Of a stretch of 64,000 nt of DNA, positions 44,980 to 55,147 are shown in pieces. Within the stretch, counting starts at the first letter, position 1, and every line of letters begins with the position of its first letter. The notes below the pieces were generated by a model that ran no database searches, was not told the origin of the DNA, and worked only from the letters and a program-made list of their open reading frames with translations. Source of the stretch: a virus. Both the position numbers and the translations under genes were made by a program. The stretch covers positions 31,320 through 95,319 of the IMG/VR virus record IMGVR_UViG_3300009105_000002. One strand, 5' to 3'.

Positions 44980-46056
44980 TCATTTTAACGCCCTCCTTAT
45001 TCCCTTATAAAGATACTTTATATCAGCAACGCTCCGGATACTGAATATCCTGTTAATCCAAAACCTCGGATCGTAGCCGACATTGTAAATTTTTCTAATG
45101 AACTTTTGAGCAGACATATAGGTATTTACCCCTTGTATATAAGCAGTTGTTTTACCGAAACGACGAGCACTCATCATAATTCTTTCCTTATCAAGTTTAG
45201 GATTATAGAAACTTGCCTGTGCCGTCTTGGCATATCCTTTCCTTAATAGATAATGAACAAGTTTCAAGGTCTTTATAGCGTCCTTATGGCTTTCCCACGG
45301 ATAACCGAACATCACGGCAATGTGGGGATCGAGCCCAGCTTTAGCACTACGCTTAATATAATCAATAGCACTGTAAATATTTACACCTTTATTTATCTTG
45401 TCCAATGTCGCTTGATTAGCACTCTCGAGCCCATACAGGATCATACGGAAGCCGGCACGCCTAATGTCTTTCAACCCCTTAAGGTTAGGGTGATTATAGT
45501 CCAAGCGCATATTGCACCCTATCCGAACTTTCTTATTCAAACCACTCTTAATCATTTCCTCACAGAACACCATAAGCCAAGCACCTTTCGGGAAAGTGCC
45601 GCTATCGTCAAATATTTCCTTAAACCCCATATCCACGCACTCTTGAACTTCGGCTATCATAGTCTTTACCGGCCTTGTGTAGCATTTAGGGTATTGTTTT
45701 GCCCAACGGCAAAAGGTGCATTTGCCATACCAACAATCTAATGAAGCTTGCATATAGGTAGCCGGCAGGTATTTAAAGTTGCCGTTCTCTTGGTATTTAG
45801 GATTAAAGGCGTTTGTAAACCTCCTATCCGGCGATGGTAATTCTAAAAATGGCACATCTATTTGAGTTTCACTTTCAATATTCTCAGCAAAATCACACTC
45901 TATTCTTTTTTCCGTCTTTTTCCAATCCCATAAGATTTCATGTCCTTTGTTTTTTAAATAAGTCGCATACATAGCCAACAGCACAGGGTATATCCATACC
46001 TTTTTCTCGTGTTGCCGTTGCTGACTATATTGATTGGGCTGAAATAATATTTTCAT
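44980..46056 (-). CDS. Radical SAM protein (Cx4Cx2C), reduced B12-binding-like N-terminus
   Basis: CWYGKCTFC, GLESANQ.TL..INKG, MFGYPWE. Confidence 0.85.
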   Translation of the reverse strand: MKILFQPNQYSQQRQHEKKVWIYPVLLAMYATYLKNKGHEILWDWKKTEKRIECDFAENIESETQIDVPFLELPSPDRRFTNAFNPKYQENGNFKYLPATYMQASLDCWYGKCTFCRWAKQYPKCYTRPVKTMIAEVQECVDMGFKEIFDDSGTFPKGAWLMVFCEEMIKSGLNKKVRIGCNMRLDYNHPNLKGLKDIRRAGFRMILYGLESANQATLDKINKGVNIYSAIDYIKRSAKAGLDPHIAVMFGYPWESHKDAIKTLKLVHYLLRKGYAKTAQASFYNPKLDKERIMMSARRFGKTTAYIQGVNTYMSAQKFIRKIYNVGYDPRFWINRIFSIRSVADIKYLYKGIRRALK

Positions 46057-46315
46057 TTATAAAATACCTCTTAAATTCGTTTCTGATTATCTGTGGATCA
46101 TAGCCCATACAAAAACTCGCTAACATATAGTCAAGACCGGAAGATTGGATAAACAAGTAATGGTCGTTAGCGACTTGAGAACTGTGCGTAAATATTGGAG
46201 AAGCCCCTTTCAAAATGCCGACCAAAATTTCCTCGCCCATAATTGACAATGCTTCCGGCGTAGGTTTTTTACCCTTATAAATAATAACTGTTTGGCTACT
46301 TATTATCTTTCTCAT
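46025..46315 (-). CDS. Hypothetical protein
   Basis: ORF with RBS GAGG, in operon. Confidence 0.45.
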   Translation of the reverse strand: MRKIISSQTVIIYKGKKPTPEALSIMGEEILVGILKGASPIFTHSSQVANDHYLFIQSSGLDYMLASFCMGYDPQIIRNEFKRYFINENIISAQSI

Positions 46316-46352
46316 ACTGCCTCAAGTTTATCGAGTAGTGCATAGGTCTCGC

Positions 46353-47519
46353 CTATGAACTCTTTTTCCGGAAGCACCCTTGATATCCTCCTGTTACGAT
46401 ATGGTGTATCTGTCCTTGCGCCGTCGGCCATTTGCCTGTATATTCCTTAAATGCCTCGCTTGGTTTGATCCACGGCTGCGTAAAAGGCCAGTAGGTAATA
46501 AGGTTTGAGTTTTCCAATAAGCATAAAGCCGTTATTCCAATTGCCCCCCACTGTATTGGAACAGAGAATTTGCTTATTCCAGAGATTGTAGTGAAGATTA
46601 GCCCTACCGTTACCATATGCCCCCAACGAGCCGGTATTCTGTGCATAAAAAACTGCCAAATTTCAAATATATAACGCCAAAATAGAAACATAGAGGCAAA
46701 TACAACCACAAGCCACCAATTACCTTTCCCCCAAAAACTGAACAACACGACAGGCGACATATAGAACGACATTTCCCAAAATCCCACGCCGTTGATATAG
46801 TGCCGGAAATTCATAGGCAGAAAGAAATCAAGCATTTTCCATTTAGGAACACAGCCGATCCTCATTTTACTTTGGGCGGTGGCCTCTCTCAAGACACTCC
46901 GAGAATAGCGTCTTCCCACTATGCAGAGGAAAGGGGAGGCTATTAAGAGGCCACAAATCGCCCCTAATGGGTTCATAAATACGAAGAAATAGGTAAAATA
47001 GATAGCTATGGGTAGGTAACCGGCTAAAAACGCCATAGAGAGGCAAATAGCGGGCAAAAACACTCCTTTAAAAGCCAATGCCCAAGGGATCCACGCCATT
47101 GTAGCCACTATCGGAGGGTAATGCTTGACCATATACCCCGAATAGCCAAACAATAGCCCTCCGATCAGCCCTAACGGCCCGCCCCCGAACAAGACATAGC
47201 CTCCGACACTCGCAACCAAAAAGTGGGACAAGAACACATACATTTGTAACGCAAACGCTTTATTTAATGATAACTTACGCATGACAATTGACAGGACAAT
47301 ATTGGGAGGATAACACACGCTTGACATAGCTGCGCCCATAATATCGTCTTGGTAGAAATAAGAATCACGGGGCAACTTGCCCTTACTCCAATACTCTCCG
47401 GCAAGCATTATATTAGGGAAGCACTCGCTTAAGACCTCGGCAGTAGCCAAGCGGAATGGATTTATAAGCTCCTTCCGGAAAAAAAACAACCAATATAAGA
47501 TTAAAAATATTATTTCCAT
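46353..47519 (-). CDS. YfhO-like GT-C membrane glycosyltransferase
   Basis: Many TM helices; G.LP...MG......YPP, H...A..G.Y, WIPW, R.PARW patterns. Confidence 0.6.
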   Translation of the reverse strand: MEIIFLILYWLFFFRKELINPFRLATAEVLSECFPNIMLAGEYWSKGKLPRDSYFYQDDIMGAAMSSVCYPPNIVLSIVMRKLSLNKAFALQMYVFLSHFLVASVGGYVLFGGGPLGLIGGLLFGYSGYMVKHYPPIVATMAWIPWALAFKGVFLPAICLSMAFLAGYLPIAIYFTYFFVFMNPLGAICGLLIASPFLCIVGRRYSRSVLREATAQSKMRIGCVPKWKMLDFFLPMNFRHYINGVGFWEMSFYMSPVVLFSFWGKGNWWLVVVFASMFLFWRYIFEIWQFFMHRIPARWGHMVTVGLIFTTISGISKFSVPIQWGAIGITALCLLENSNLITYWPFTQPWIKPSEAFKEYTGKWPTAQGQIHHIVTGGYQGCFRKKSS

Positions 47520-47755
47520 TTTTATTATACTAAGCCAAAGGGAGCTCTCGATTAATCGCCTCATAGACTTCCATAAGCCACCTTTTTTCCCATGTAGACC
47601 AATAAGGCTCCCCAGTGTTAGTTTTCCCTGTTGGCTTCAACTTAAGTAATTTAGATATTTCATCCCTATACCAGTTCATTGTTTTGGGTTTCTCTGTTAC
47701 GCGAGAATTGCAATACGGACAATAATCTTTTGCCTCACTCATAAATCCTCCTTCT

Positions 47756-48559
47756 TCATTTCTTTTGCCATTTGAACCACATATCCGGATAAGTTTGCCA
47801 ACAATTACAATTTGAGCAGATACCCTCTGTTATGCCCTTTAACTGCTGACACCTTAAACTTTTCATTTTTGCCGAAGTCCACGCTTCGCTTAAACCCATA
47901 TCCTTTATATTGCCGAGTTTTGTTTTGTGGTGTGGATCATTACAGCAAATAAGGATATCTCCGTTCCAAGCAATGGCGGGGGCAAGCCAAAGATGGTAAC
48001 AGGGATACCACTCCCTCGAAGTGCCATGGCCTTCTCCTTTGACATTGCCTCCGTAATTATGATAAGGTTTCCTTTCAACACGCCAACCTTTTGGGATATG
48101 GTAATCTTTAAAACACCTCAAGGTGATCTTATACCTCCACTCCTCTTTTGTTTCAAGGTTAAGGCCGGGGCGATATGTAATTATAATATGGTCAACAGCG
48201 TCAAATACAGCAGGCGTATTGATCGTTCCGTTGGTAGTTAATATAACATTATGCTTATTAAATTTAAGTATATCTATTTTTGTTAATAGTTCCTCGTCAA
48301 GCAAGGGTTCTCCGAATAGGTGTAAAGATATGCTCCTCGACTTATGCCTGTCCAGATCGTCCACCGTCCTCATGAAAGTGCGGACATCCATATCCTCCTC
48401 TATCTTGGGGCGAGGACACATCTCACAGGACAGATTACATTTTGTGGTCGTCTCTATGTGGATATGGCGTGGGTATTTGTCTATATACAACTGCGCGCCT
48501 ATCTTGTATATCCACGACGGTAATCGCTTAAGCAAGAGGGTGTGGTTAAAGGGGTTCAT
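47756..48559 (-). CDS. Radical SAM protein with SPASM/twitch domain
   Basis: CNLSCEMC, GEPLL, TTNG; C-terminal C...W...G....CC.D...GN...C..C. Confidence 0.9.
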   Translation of the reverse strand: MNPFNHTLLLKRLPSWIYKIGAQLYIDKYPRHIHIETTTKCNLSCEMCPRPKIEEDMDVRTFMRTVDDLDRHKSRSISLHLFGEPLLDEELLTKIDILKFNKHNVILTTNGTINTPAVFDAVDHIIITYRPGLNLETKEEWRYKITLRCFKDYHIPKGWRVERKPYHNYGGNVKGEGHGTSREWYPCYHLWLAPAIAWNGDILICCNDPHHKTKLGNIKDMGLSEAWTSAKMKSLRCQQLKGITEGICSNCNCWQTYPDMWFKWQKK

Positions 48560-48827
48560 AAATACTTTTCTTTCTGGCTCCGTAATCTTCCATCCATTGT
48601 TCCGTATTCAGTTTTAATTAAAAGCTCACCTGTCGTAAATAAAGAAAACATCGAAATGTAGTCTTGATGTGCAGGCATAAGTTCTACAATAATAACTTTA
48701 TCCAATGCGTCATATTTAATGAAGGGTTCGATAAAACGCTGTAATCGGCTTCGGCTGTTCTGCCAATGAAGTAATTGATGTGGAAAGCCATCAACTATTG
48801 TCGCTGAATTTGTTACTTTTATAGTTT

Positions 48828-50171
48828 TCATTTTATCAACTCCAATCCTGCATGAATATACCGTTTCAACTGTTTATAACTCCTCACTCCTCGAACTTTA
48901 TTCCATATTGATCTTGGGTGGAGATAATGTGCTTTATAAATTTTAGAAATAATTCCTCTAAGGTCTTCTCTGCTGAGATATTCATTCCAAACAGGAGGTT
49001 GGAAATCTTGAGTCGGTCGTAAGGCGAACTCTTGCCATACGTCCTTATCATTTCTCTCACACCAGTCGGCGAAAGATTTTGTTGCAGGGAATGGAGTAAA
49101 GATGGTGAACTGTGTAAAATCAGGATCGAGTCTTTTAGAAAATAGACAACTTTCATTGATGTCCTCCTTTGTTTCGCCGGGATTGCCAATCATAAAATAA
49201 GCAAATGTCTTAATATCTGCCTCTTTAGCCCATTTAAAAGCGTTATTGACTTGCTCTAATGTAATGCCTTTATTGAGATTATCTATTACCCTTTGAACGC
49301 CACTTTCTACGCCGAAATGTATGCGATTACAACCGGCGTTTGCCATAGCACACAACATTATTTCATCTACGGTATCTACTCTTGCCCTAACGTCCCATTT
49401 AACCTTAAGGTTTCTACGGACAATTTCAGAACAAATATCAAATACCCTTTCCCTGTCCACCGTAAATGTATCATCATAGAAAAGGATTTCCTTAATCTCT
49501 TGTTGAACACACTCCTCCATTTCGTCCACTACATTTTCAGGGCTTCTCGCCCTAAACTTCTTGCCCATAGCAGGGCGATCACAGAAATTACATTGGTAAG
49601 GGCAACCTCTGGAGGAAAACATAGTTGTCATTGGCTCGGGAGTTAGAATAGAATAGTATTTGTCGTTATGAGTTCGATAAGGGAAAGGTATAAGGTCAAG
49701 ATTGTCCGTAGACGAGCCTTTAAATAATATCGAATAAGGCTCTAAAATAGCCGTTGCCATTGCTTTTTCACCCTCACCTATTACTATTTTATCAGCTCCT
49801 AATCTTGCTGTTTCGTCTGGATATATGGTAGCGTGAGGCCCTCCGACGACAATTTCCGTGTCCGGAGAAACCTCCTTGATAAGCATAATGGTCATTTTTA
49901 GATCCATAAGCCCTAATGTAATTGAAGTTATCCCTATAACATCAAACTGCTTATTAGATAGATAGATTGCTAAATTCACATAATCAACCCTCAACGCTTG
50001 GCAATCCAACAACTCTACCTTGTGTTTGGTATATTTTTTAAGATAACTTGCTATATACATCAAGCCCAACGGTGGATAAAACCCTCCGTGTCTTTTAAGG
50101 ATAGGCGGATCGTTCCCCTCTATCTCGTTCTCATTAGGAATATTTAAGAGTAAAACATTAAGAGGTCTCAT
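48828..50171 (-). CDS. Cobalamin-dependent (class B) radical SAM methyltransferase
   Basis: YPPLGL.YIAS, GGPHAT, GEGE, SRGCPYQCNFC, GVESG. Confidence 0.9.
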   Translation of the reverse strand: MRPLNVLLLNIPNENEIEGNDPPILKRHGGFYPPLGLMYIASYLKKYTKHKVELLDCQALRVDYVNLAIYLSNKQFDVIGITSITLGLMDLKMTIMLIKEVSPDTEIVVGGPHATIYPDETARLGADKIVIGEGEKAMATAILEPYSILFKGSSTDNLDLIPFPYRTHNDKYYSILTPEPMTTMFSSRGCPYQCNFCDRPAMGKKFRARSPENVVDEMEECVQQEIKEILFYDDTFTVDRERVFDICSEIVRRNLKVKWDVRARVDTVDEIMLCAMANAGCNRIHFGVESGVQRVIDNLNKGITLEQVNNAFKWAKEADIKTFAYFMIGNPGETKEDINESCLFSKRLDPDFTQFTIFTPFPATKSFADWCERNDKDVWQEFALRPTQDFQPPVWNEYLSREDLRGIISKIYKAHYLHPRSIWNKVRGVRSYKQLKRYIHAGLELIK

Positions 50172-50406
50172 ATAATTCCTTAATTTTTCTATAATCGCCT
50201 CTTTTTCCAGTCGCTAAAATATGATAACGATTATGTGTAGGGTAAACATCTACCTTTCCATCTATACGGAACTGATAAGGCGTTAACTGCTTAACTATAT
50301 GCCCCTTTAAAGACAAAATTTCATTTGTCCTCTTAGATAAGCGATTACTTCTTCGCTCTTGTTGGTCTTTTCTATAATCTTTCCACATCTCAGTTGTTTT
50401 ATTCAT
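50158..50406 (-). CDS. Hypothetical phage protein
   Basis: Basic 82-aa ORF in operon. Confidence 0.45.
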   Translation of the reverse strand: MNKTTEMWKDYRKDQQERRSNRLSKRTNEILSLKGHIVKQLTPYQFRIDGKVDVYPTHNRYHILATGKRGDYRKIKELYETS

Positions 50407-50408
50407 AA

Positions 50409-50897
50409 TTAGGAATATTTAGCAACAAGACGCTTAAAGGTCTCATAAGCCCTTTCAGGTTGTGAATACCATAGTTTACAGAATAGCGACGGTGCTTTTG
50501 TCTTTGGCTTTACTATATCAAAGGGGTGCATATAAAAAATATCTCGTATCGGTTGTCCATACCACATATGGCGAAGTAAAGAAGTATGATTTTGAGGGGA
50601 GGAGTAGGGTAAATGTTGAGGTAAGATAACCGCAAATTTATGAAATCTAACAGGTTTATTGTCCAAGCCCGAAGTAAAATTATCCTTTGGGTGATATCCA
50701 ATTTTATGTCCATGGTTCTCAATGGTTTCCCTCACGCCGTCGTAATAATGAGGGAATAAAAAGAAGATGCCCTTAACCCCATATTCTTTAAACACATCTA
50801 ATATCATAGGAACACCCTCACACATGCCTTCATTTCCGTTTGTTCGCCAACCCCAATCCGGCTCTACGTCGACTGTCCAAATAACTTTCTTTTCCAT
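50409..50897 (-). CDS. Polysaccharide deacetylase-like (CE4/NodB fold), short
   Basis: TVDVE.DW, GH.IG.H, YMHP.D. Confidence 0.7.
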   Translation of the reverse strand: MEKKVIWTVDVEPDWGWRTNGNEGMCEGVPMILDVFKEYGVKGIFFLFPHYYDGVRETIENHGHKIGYHPKDNFTSGLDNKPVRFHKFAVILPQHLPYSSPQNHTSLLRHMWYGQPIRDIFYMHPFDIVKPKTKAPSLFCKLWYSQPERAYETFKRLVAKYS

Positions 50898-51550
50898 TTC
50901 CTTACCGTCCTTGTTCGCAATGCAAACCCTATCCTCGTAATATAATAAAGCGTGATTAAGCCGTGTTTTATCGTCCTGACCTTACTCTTGCCCTGTATCC
51001 GCTTCTGAACCTTTATAGGCATCCACTCAACTTTATATCCATCTATGAGGAACATCAGCGTAAGCGTGGTCGTAAAGGAATATGTATCGCACAGGATAGA
51101 CATATAACTCATAGCCAATTCACGCCGGAATATCCTCAAGCCCGAGTTTAAATCCATTAGCCATCTATTAGCCCAACAGGACGCTATTAAGCTAAGCCCT
51201 TTCCTGCCGAAGTATCGCATTAGGCTGACTTCCGTGATCTTCCGGACGCCTACTATCATATCCGTTTCTATTAGGTTAAAATAAAGCCACAATCTTATGA
51301 CATCTTCTACCAAGTGCTGACCGTCGCCGTCCATAGTGAGAATGTAATCCCTCGTAGCAAGCCGTATCCCTGTCTTGAGTGCCGCACCATACCCCATATT
51401 CTTTTCGTGCCGGATAGTCGCCTCCGGTATAGGCACATCTGATCCGTCGTCAACGATAATGACCTCTATATTGTAGAGTTCAAACTCCTTAATTGCGTCA
51501 GCGACTTTAAATTCGTTAAAACAGGGAATTACGACAGATAAATTAGCCAT
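50864..51550 (-). CDS. GT2, Dpm1/polyprenol-phosphate glycosyltransferase-like
   Basis: VVIPCFNE, VDDGS, N.GYG.A, MDGDGQH, D..SG.R, R..G.SK. Confidence 0.9.
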   Translation of the reverse strand: MANLSVVIPCFNEFKVADAIKEFELYNIEVIIVDDGSDVPIPEATIRHEKNMGYGAALKTGIRLATRDYILTMDGDGQHLVEDVIRLWLYFNLIETDMIVGVRKITEVSLMRYFGRKGLSLIASCWANRWLMDLNSGLRIFRRELAMSYMSILCDTYSFTTTLTLMFLIDGYKVEWMPIKVQKRIQGKSKVRTIKHGLITLYYITRIGFALRTRTVRKWKRKLFGQST

Positions 51551-52799
51551 AAATATTTTTGATAAACGCCAATGCTTTTCGCCATTTAAAAGTTCTGTCT
51601 ATTTTTTGGACGTCCTGCATTACTTTTTTAAAATCTTTTTTATCCACGCTTAATAATAAAGGATAATCCGTATAATGAGAAAGTTGACTCCAAGAAGGCA
51701 CCCCTGTCAATTTACCCCACCACTCTGTTCCCGGAAAAGGCGTCGCCACAAAAGCCCACAACCTCTGGACGCCTTGTTTGATAGCCCACTTCATAAAGCC
51801 TATTGTTTTTTGCATATCCTCAATGGTTTCATTGGGGTTTCCAAATATCACGCTGCCCTGAACTTTTAGACCATGCTTATGGCAAATCTTGATAGCTTTT
51901 TTATTATCCCCTACTGTGCATGTATCTCGTTTTAGGTATCTCAAGGTCTTGTCGCTTCCTGACTCAAAGCCAAAAATACAGGTCGTTACACCCATACCTT
52001 TTAAAATTCCGCATAATTCGTCGTCTATAAGGTCAGTTCTCGGTTGGCAGTTAAATTTCATACCGGGCCTTGGGATAATTTGCTTCAAACGCTTTCTGTT
52101 GATAGTGAACAAATCATCCCATATCTGCACGAGGTTTACACCTTTTACCCATAAGTCGTTTATCATCATATTTACATATTGCGCAGAGTGAAATCTTGGC
52201 TCTCCCCACATCTTTTTCGTGCTGCAAAAAACACAATTATAAGGGCAACCTCTGGAAGTTATCATCACGCCTGATATACCAAATTCAGCAAAAGTTGTAT
52301 TGGCTTTTTCCTTGAAGTAGCGAGGATCTACCAAAGACCAGTCAGGGCGAGGAAGGTCGTCAAGGTTTTCTATTGGTTCATGTTGCCATATAGATTTAGC
52401 AACTCTATTAATTTTAAGTGTCTTTACAAGTTCAACAAAAGCCAATTCACCCTCTCCTATTACTGCATAATCAAATGCTGTCTGATCAAAGCTTTCTATC
52501 CAATCAGAAGTAGATATATGGACACCACCTATAACTATCAGAGGGGCATTTTTCTTTAGTTTTATCTGTTTGCCTAATTTTATCGCTTCTCCGTAATGCA
52601 CCGTCATAGCAGATATTCCCACAACATCAAATTTAGAATATCCTCCCTCAAACATCATATAGTTTTTAGTGTCGTCCCAATTAGCGTCTATAATCTCCAC
52701 TTCCACGTCTAAATGCTCTTTAAGGTAAGTCGCAAGATAGACAAGTCCAATTGGTGGACAACCACTTCCTTTGGCAAGAGAAATTAGGGCTATTTTCAT
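51543..52799 (-). CDS. Cobalamin-dependent (class B) radical SAM methyltransferase
   Basis: PPIGL.YLA, GGVH, GEGE, TSRGCPYNCVFC, GFESGS. Confidence 0.9.
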   Translation of the reverse strand: MKIALISLAKGSGCPPIGLVYLATYLKEHLDVEVEIIDANWDDTKNYMMFEGGYSKFDVVGISAMTVHYGEAIKLGKQIKLKKNAPLIVIGGVHISTSDWIESFDQTAFDYAVIGEGELAFVELVKTLKINRVAKSIWQHEPIENLDDLPRPDWSLVDPRYFKEKANTTFAEFGISGVMITSRGCPYNCVFCSTKKMWGEPRFHSAQYVNMMINDLWVKGVNLVQIWDDLFTINRKRLKQIIPRPGMKFNCQPRTDLIDDELCGILKGMGVTTCIFGFESGSDKTLRYLKRDTCTVGDNKKAIKICHKHGLKVQGSVIFGNPNETIEDMQKTIGFMKWAIKQGVQRLWAFVATPFPGTEWWGKLTGVPSWSQLSHYTDYPLLLSVDKKDFKKVMQDVQKIDRTFKWRKALAFIKNIYG

Positions 52800-52941
52800 A
52801 ATTCAGCTTTTAATCTTTCTATCTCCTCGTTTAATTGCTTTTCCACTTCATCCCTTTCTTCCATAAGAAGACAAAGCGGACATTCGTTACCCTCGTAGCA
52901 AATTTCGTCGTGGCTATTATACCTACTTCCTGAACATAAAT

Positions 52942-53349
52942 TCATACTCTCCTCCTAAAAATATAAAGTCCGTTAAGCCCGAACATAAAAGGGCGGTAGA
53001 AAGCAAGATAAAACCCCCCGTCTTTAAAAGCCCCTTCTACCCTTTCTTTAGGAAAACCTCTAAAAACATTGCGACAGGTAATAATAATTTGTCCATCTTC
53101 TTTAAGGTAATCCTTAAAATGTAAACCCCACCAATTTTGCTCGTCTTCTGTCATATAATTTAAGGAGGCAACGAGAGTGATTGTGTCATATTTGTTTTTT
53201 AAGGGCACCCCTTCATTTTTTTCGCACCCTATGCCATTGCCATATTTCTTAACCAATTTATTGTTTCCACACCCTATATCTAACAATCGACCGCGAATAT
53301 GAGGCATTACAGTTTTAATACGTAGCCATTGAAACATACAATCCTCCAA
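52942..53349 (-). CDS. Minimal class I SAM methyltransferase
   Basis: GRLLDIGCG, YDTIT, L...G..II. Confidence 0.7.
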   Translation of the reverse strand: MEDCMFQWLRIKTVMPHIRGRLLDIGCGNNKLVKKYGNGIGCEKNEGVPLKNKYDTITLVASLNYMTEDEQNWWGLHFKDYLKEDGQIIITCRNVFRGFPKERVEGAFKDGGFYLAFYRPFMFGLNGLYIFRRRV

Positions 53350-53569
53350 GATAAAACATACCGATAGCGCAAATAGAAATAAAAATAGTCAAAAGTAGGG
53401 ATTGGAATTTCACTATTTCATTATGGAGAATATCCTCTGTGATCTTTTCTACATCTTTTTTAGTAAATTCCAATTCTTTAAACATCTTAAGCATATTATT
53501 GACTTTCTCTACGAAGGGTTGCATATGGTTAGTAATTACAGCGACAATAGTTTTTTCGAGTTCAATCAT
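53315..53569 (-). CDS. Small protein with C-terminal TM helix
   Basis: ORF in operon. Confidence 0.4.
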   Translation of the reverse strand: MIELEKTIVAVITNHMQPFVEKVNNMLKMFKELEFTKKDVEKITEDILHNEIVKFQSLLLTIFISICAIGMFYLGGLYVSMATY

Positions 53570-53909
53570 ATCCCCTCCAACTTTCTGGACTCCAAGTCAT
53601 TAGTTTAAACTTTAATAAACCTGTTTTAATCGCCTCGTGAAACTTTATTACCATTTTTGATAAATAAGCACAGGCTTCTATGAAATCATTAAAAGGAACA
53701 CCTATGTGCCAACTATCACAGCTACCACCACTATCAGACCATTCGTAACCTAATTCTTTGATATATTCTTTTACATTGGTAGGTAAGTTACCTCTTTCGC
53801 CTATAAACTTTTCAAGATTTTCGTGTGTAATATCATTACCTACAAGGTTTTCCATCTTTTCTTCTGACGCTTTTTGTTCACCAACAACATCACACATCCA
53901 TTTACTCAT
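53562..53909 (-). CDS. Hypothetical protein
   Basis: RBS GGGAGG before MSKWM. Confidence 0.45.
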   Translation of the reverse strand: MSKWMCDVVGEQKASEEKMENLVGNDITHENLEKFIGERGNLPTNVKEYIKELGYEWSDSGGSCDSWHIGVPFNDFIEACAYLSKMVIKFHEAIKTGLLKFKLMTWSPESWRGYD

Positions 53910-54181
53910 ACGCCCTCCCCTATTGCCAAACAATCGCACTCTTTCACTAAAATCGTATTTTCTTCTCGCTCAAAATCCTGATAACTAAACCTGCCGAAGA
54001 TTACACGCCTACCTACCTTGATATCCTCATCCTTGACTTTAGGGCCAACAGCAAGTATTTCGCCTCTATCTTGAACCTTATAGTGGCTTCCTGCAAACCG
54101 TTCAGGCAGATGAATAAGCCCGACCTTGTTTTCAGGTAAAGGATCACGCTTGATCAAGACATTATCGTTTAGGATTTTCAT
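53906..54181 (-). CDS. GroES/Cpn10-like co-chaperonin
   Basis: MK.L.D.VLI, GLI.LP, GEILAVG, IKVG..V.F. Confidence 0.85.
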   Translation of the reverse strand: MKILNDNVLIKRDPLPENKVGLIHLPERFAGSHYKVQDRGEILAVGPKVKDEDIKVGRRVIFGRFSYQDFEREENTILVKECDCLAIGEGV

Positions 54182-54389
54182 TATCTTTCTTCCACTCCTC
54201 TCCTTGGTCTAAATCTTCTTCCATTTTGTCTATCAATTTTTCAGTTTTTTGTGTCAAACCTGCGATTGCCATTTGTCGCCATAGAAAATGCCTCATTAAA
54301 CAAGTAATATCCATTTCTAGTATAGTTTGCAGGCAAGAAATGGTTTTATTAGGATTGTCCTTGCGATATTCGCATTTAGAGCATTTCAT
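54162..54389 (-). CDS. Cys-containing hypothetical protein
   Basis: MKCSKC; RBS GGAAGG. Confidence 0.45.
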   Translation of the reverse strand: MKCSKCEYRKDNPNKTISCLQTILEMDITCLMRHFLWRQMAIAGLTQKTEKLIDKMEEDLDQGEEWKKDNENPKR

Positions 54390-55147
54390 TTTATCCTTCC
54401 TTTCCACCATAAATACCTCCCGTAAAGCCTTTTATAAAGCTCTAATTGCCAACATTGTTCTAAATGCTTGTCAGAAAATCTTACATAATTGCGGTATCTG
54501 TGGGAAGTGTCTAACCGATCCTTGTATGCGCCGGCCTGCGTAGGCATGTGAAATAGCCAACAAAGAGGGTGAAACAAAAGTTCTCCATAAAGCCGGCAAC
54601 GCATAGCCATATCCACCTCGCTCCATTCAGAAGTTTTTTCATAAGATAAGTCGAATCCGCCTGCTTTTTCTATCACTTCTCGCCTCAAAGCCATATTGCA
54701 ACATTCCAAATAATCCACAAAACCCCAATATTCCTTACTAAAATTAGAAAACATGCTTGGTGCACCCCATTTAGAAAAGTATCCCGGGCGTTCAGATTTA
54801 TTGAATAGTTTATACAGCGAAAAGAACCTAAAAATATCCCTGTTCTGCTTATGCCGTTCAGGAACAAGTGTCGGGCCTGTTACACCAACAACCCTTGAAT
54901 TAACCATAAAAGCTCTCATAATGTTTTCAAGCCAACAAGGAGGACAATCTACGTCATCGTCGATAAAAACTATGATTTCTCCAACCGACTGCCTCCAACC
55001 GTATTCCCTACACTTCGCTAAATCCCAATCCTTATCCACAACAATAGCCTCAAAGTCCTGAAACATCTGTTGTTTTAAAGAGAGTTGGCATTTATAAAGT
55101 TCGTCCGGACGCCCCTTGCTACACACAACCACACTTGCTTTAGGCAT
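54386..55147 (-). CDS. GT2 glycosyltransferase
   Basis: SVVVC, VFIDDD, NMA.RR...GGFD, SEVD...R. Confidence 0.9.
   Translation of the reverse strand: MPKASVVVCSKGRPDELYKCQLSLKQQMFQDFEAIVVDKDWDLAKCREYGWRQSVGEIIVFIDDDVDCPPCWLENIMRAFMVNSRVVGVTGPTLVPERHKQNRDIFRFFSLYKLFNKSERPGYFSKWGAPSMFSNFSKEYWGFVDYLECCNMALRREVIEKAGGFDLSYEKTSEWSEVDMAMRCRLYGELLFHPLCWLFHMPTQAGAYKDRLDTSHRYRNYVRFSDKHLEQCWQLELYKRLYGRYLWWKGRIK

Noticed and set aside
45147-45180. Walker A-like SARRFGKTT inside the radical SAM C-terminus
   Set aside because: No surrounding P-loop fold or Walker B; probably chance or a tiny insert
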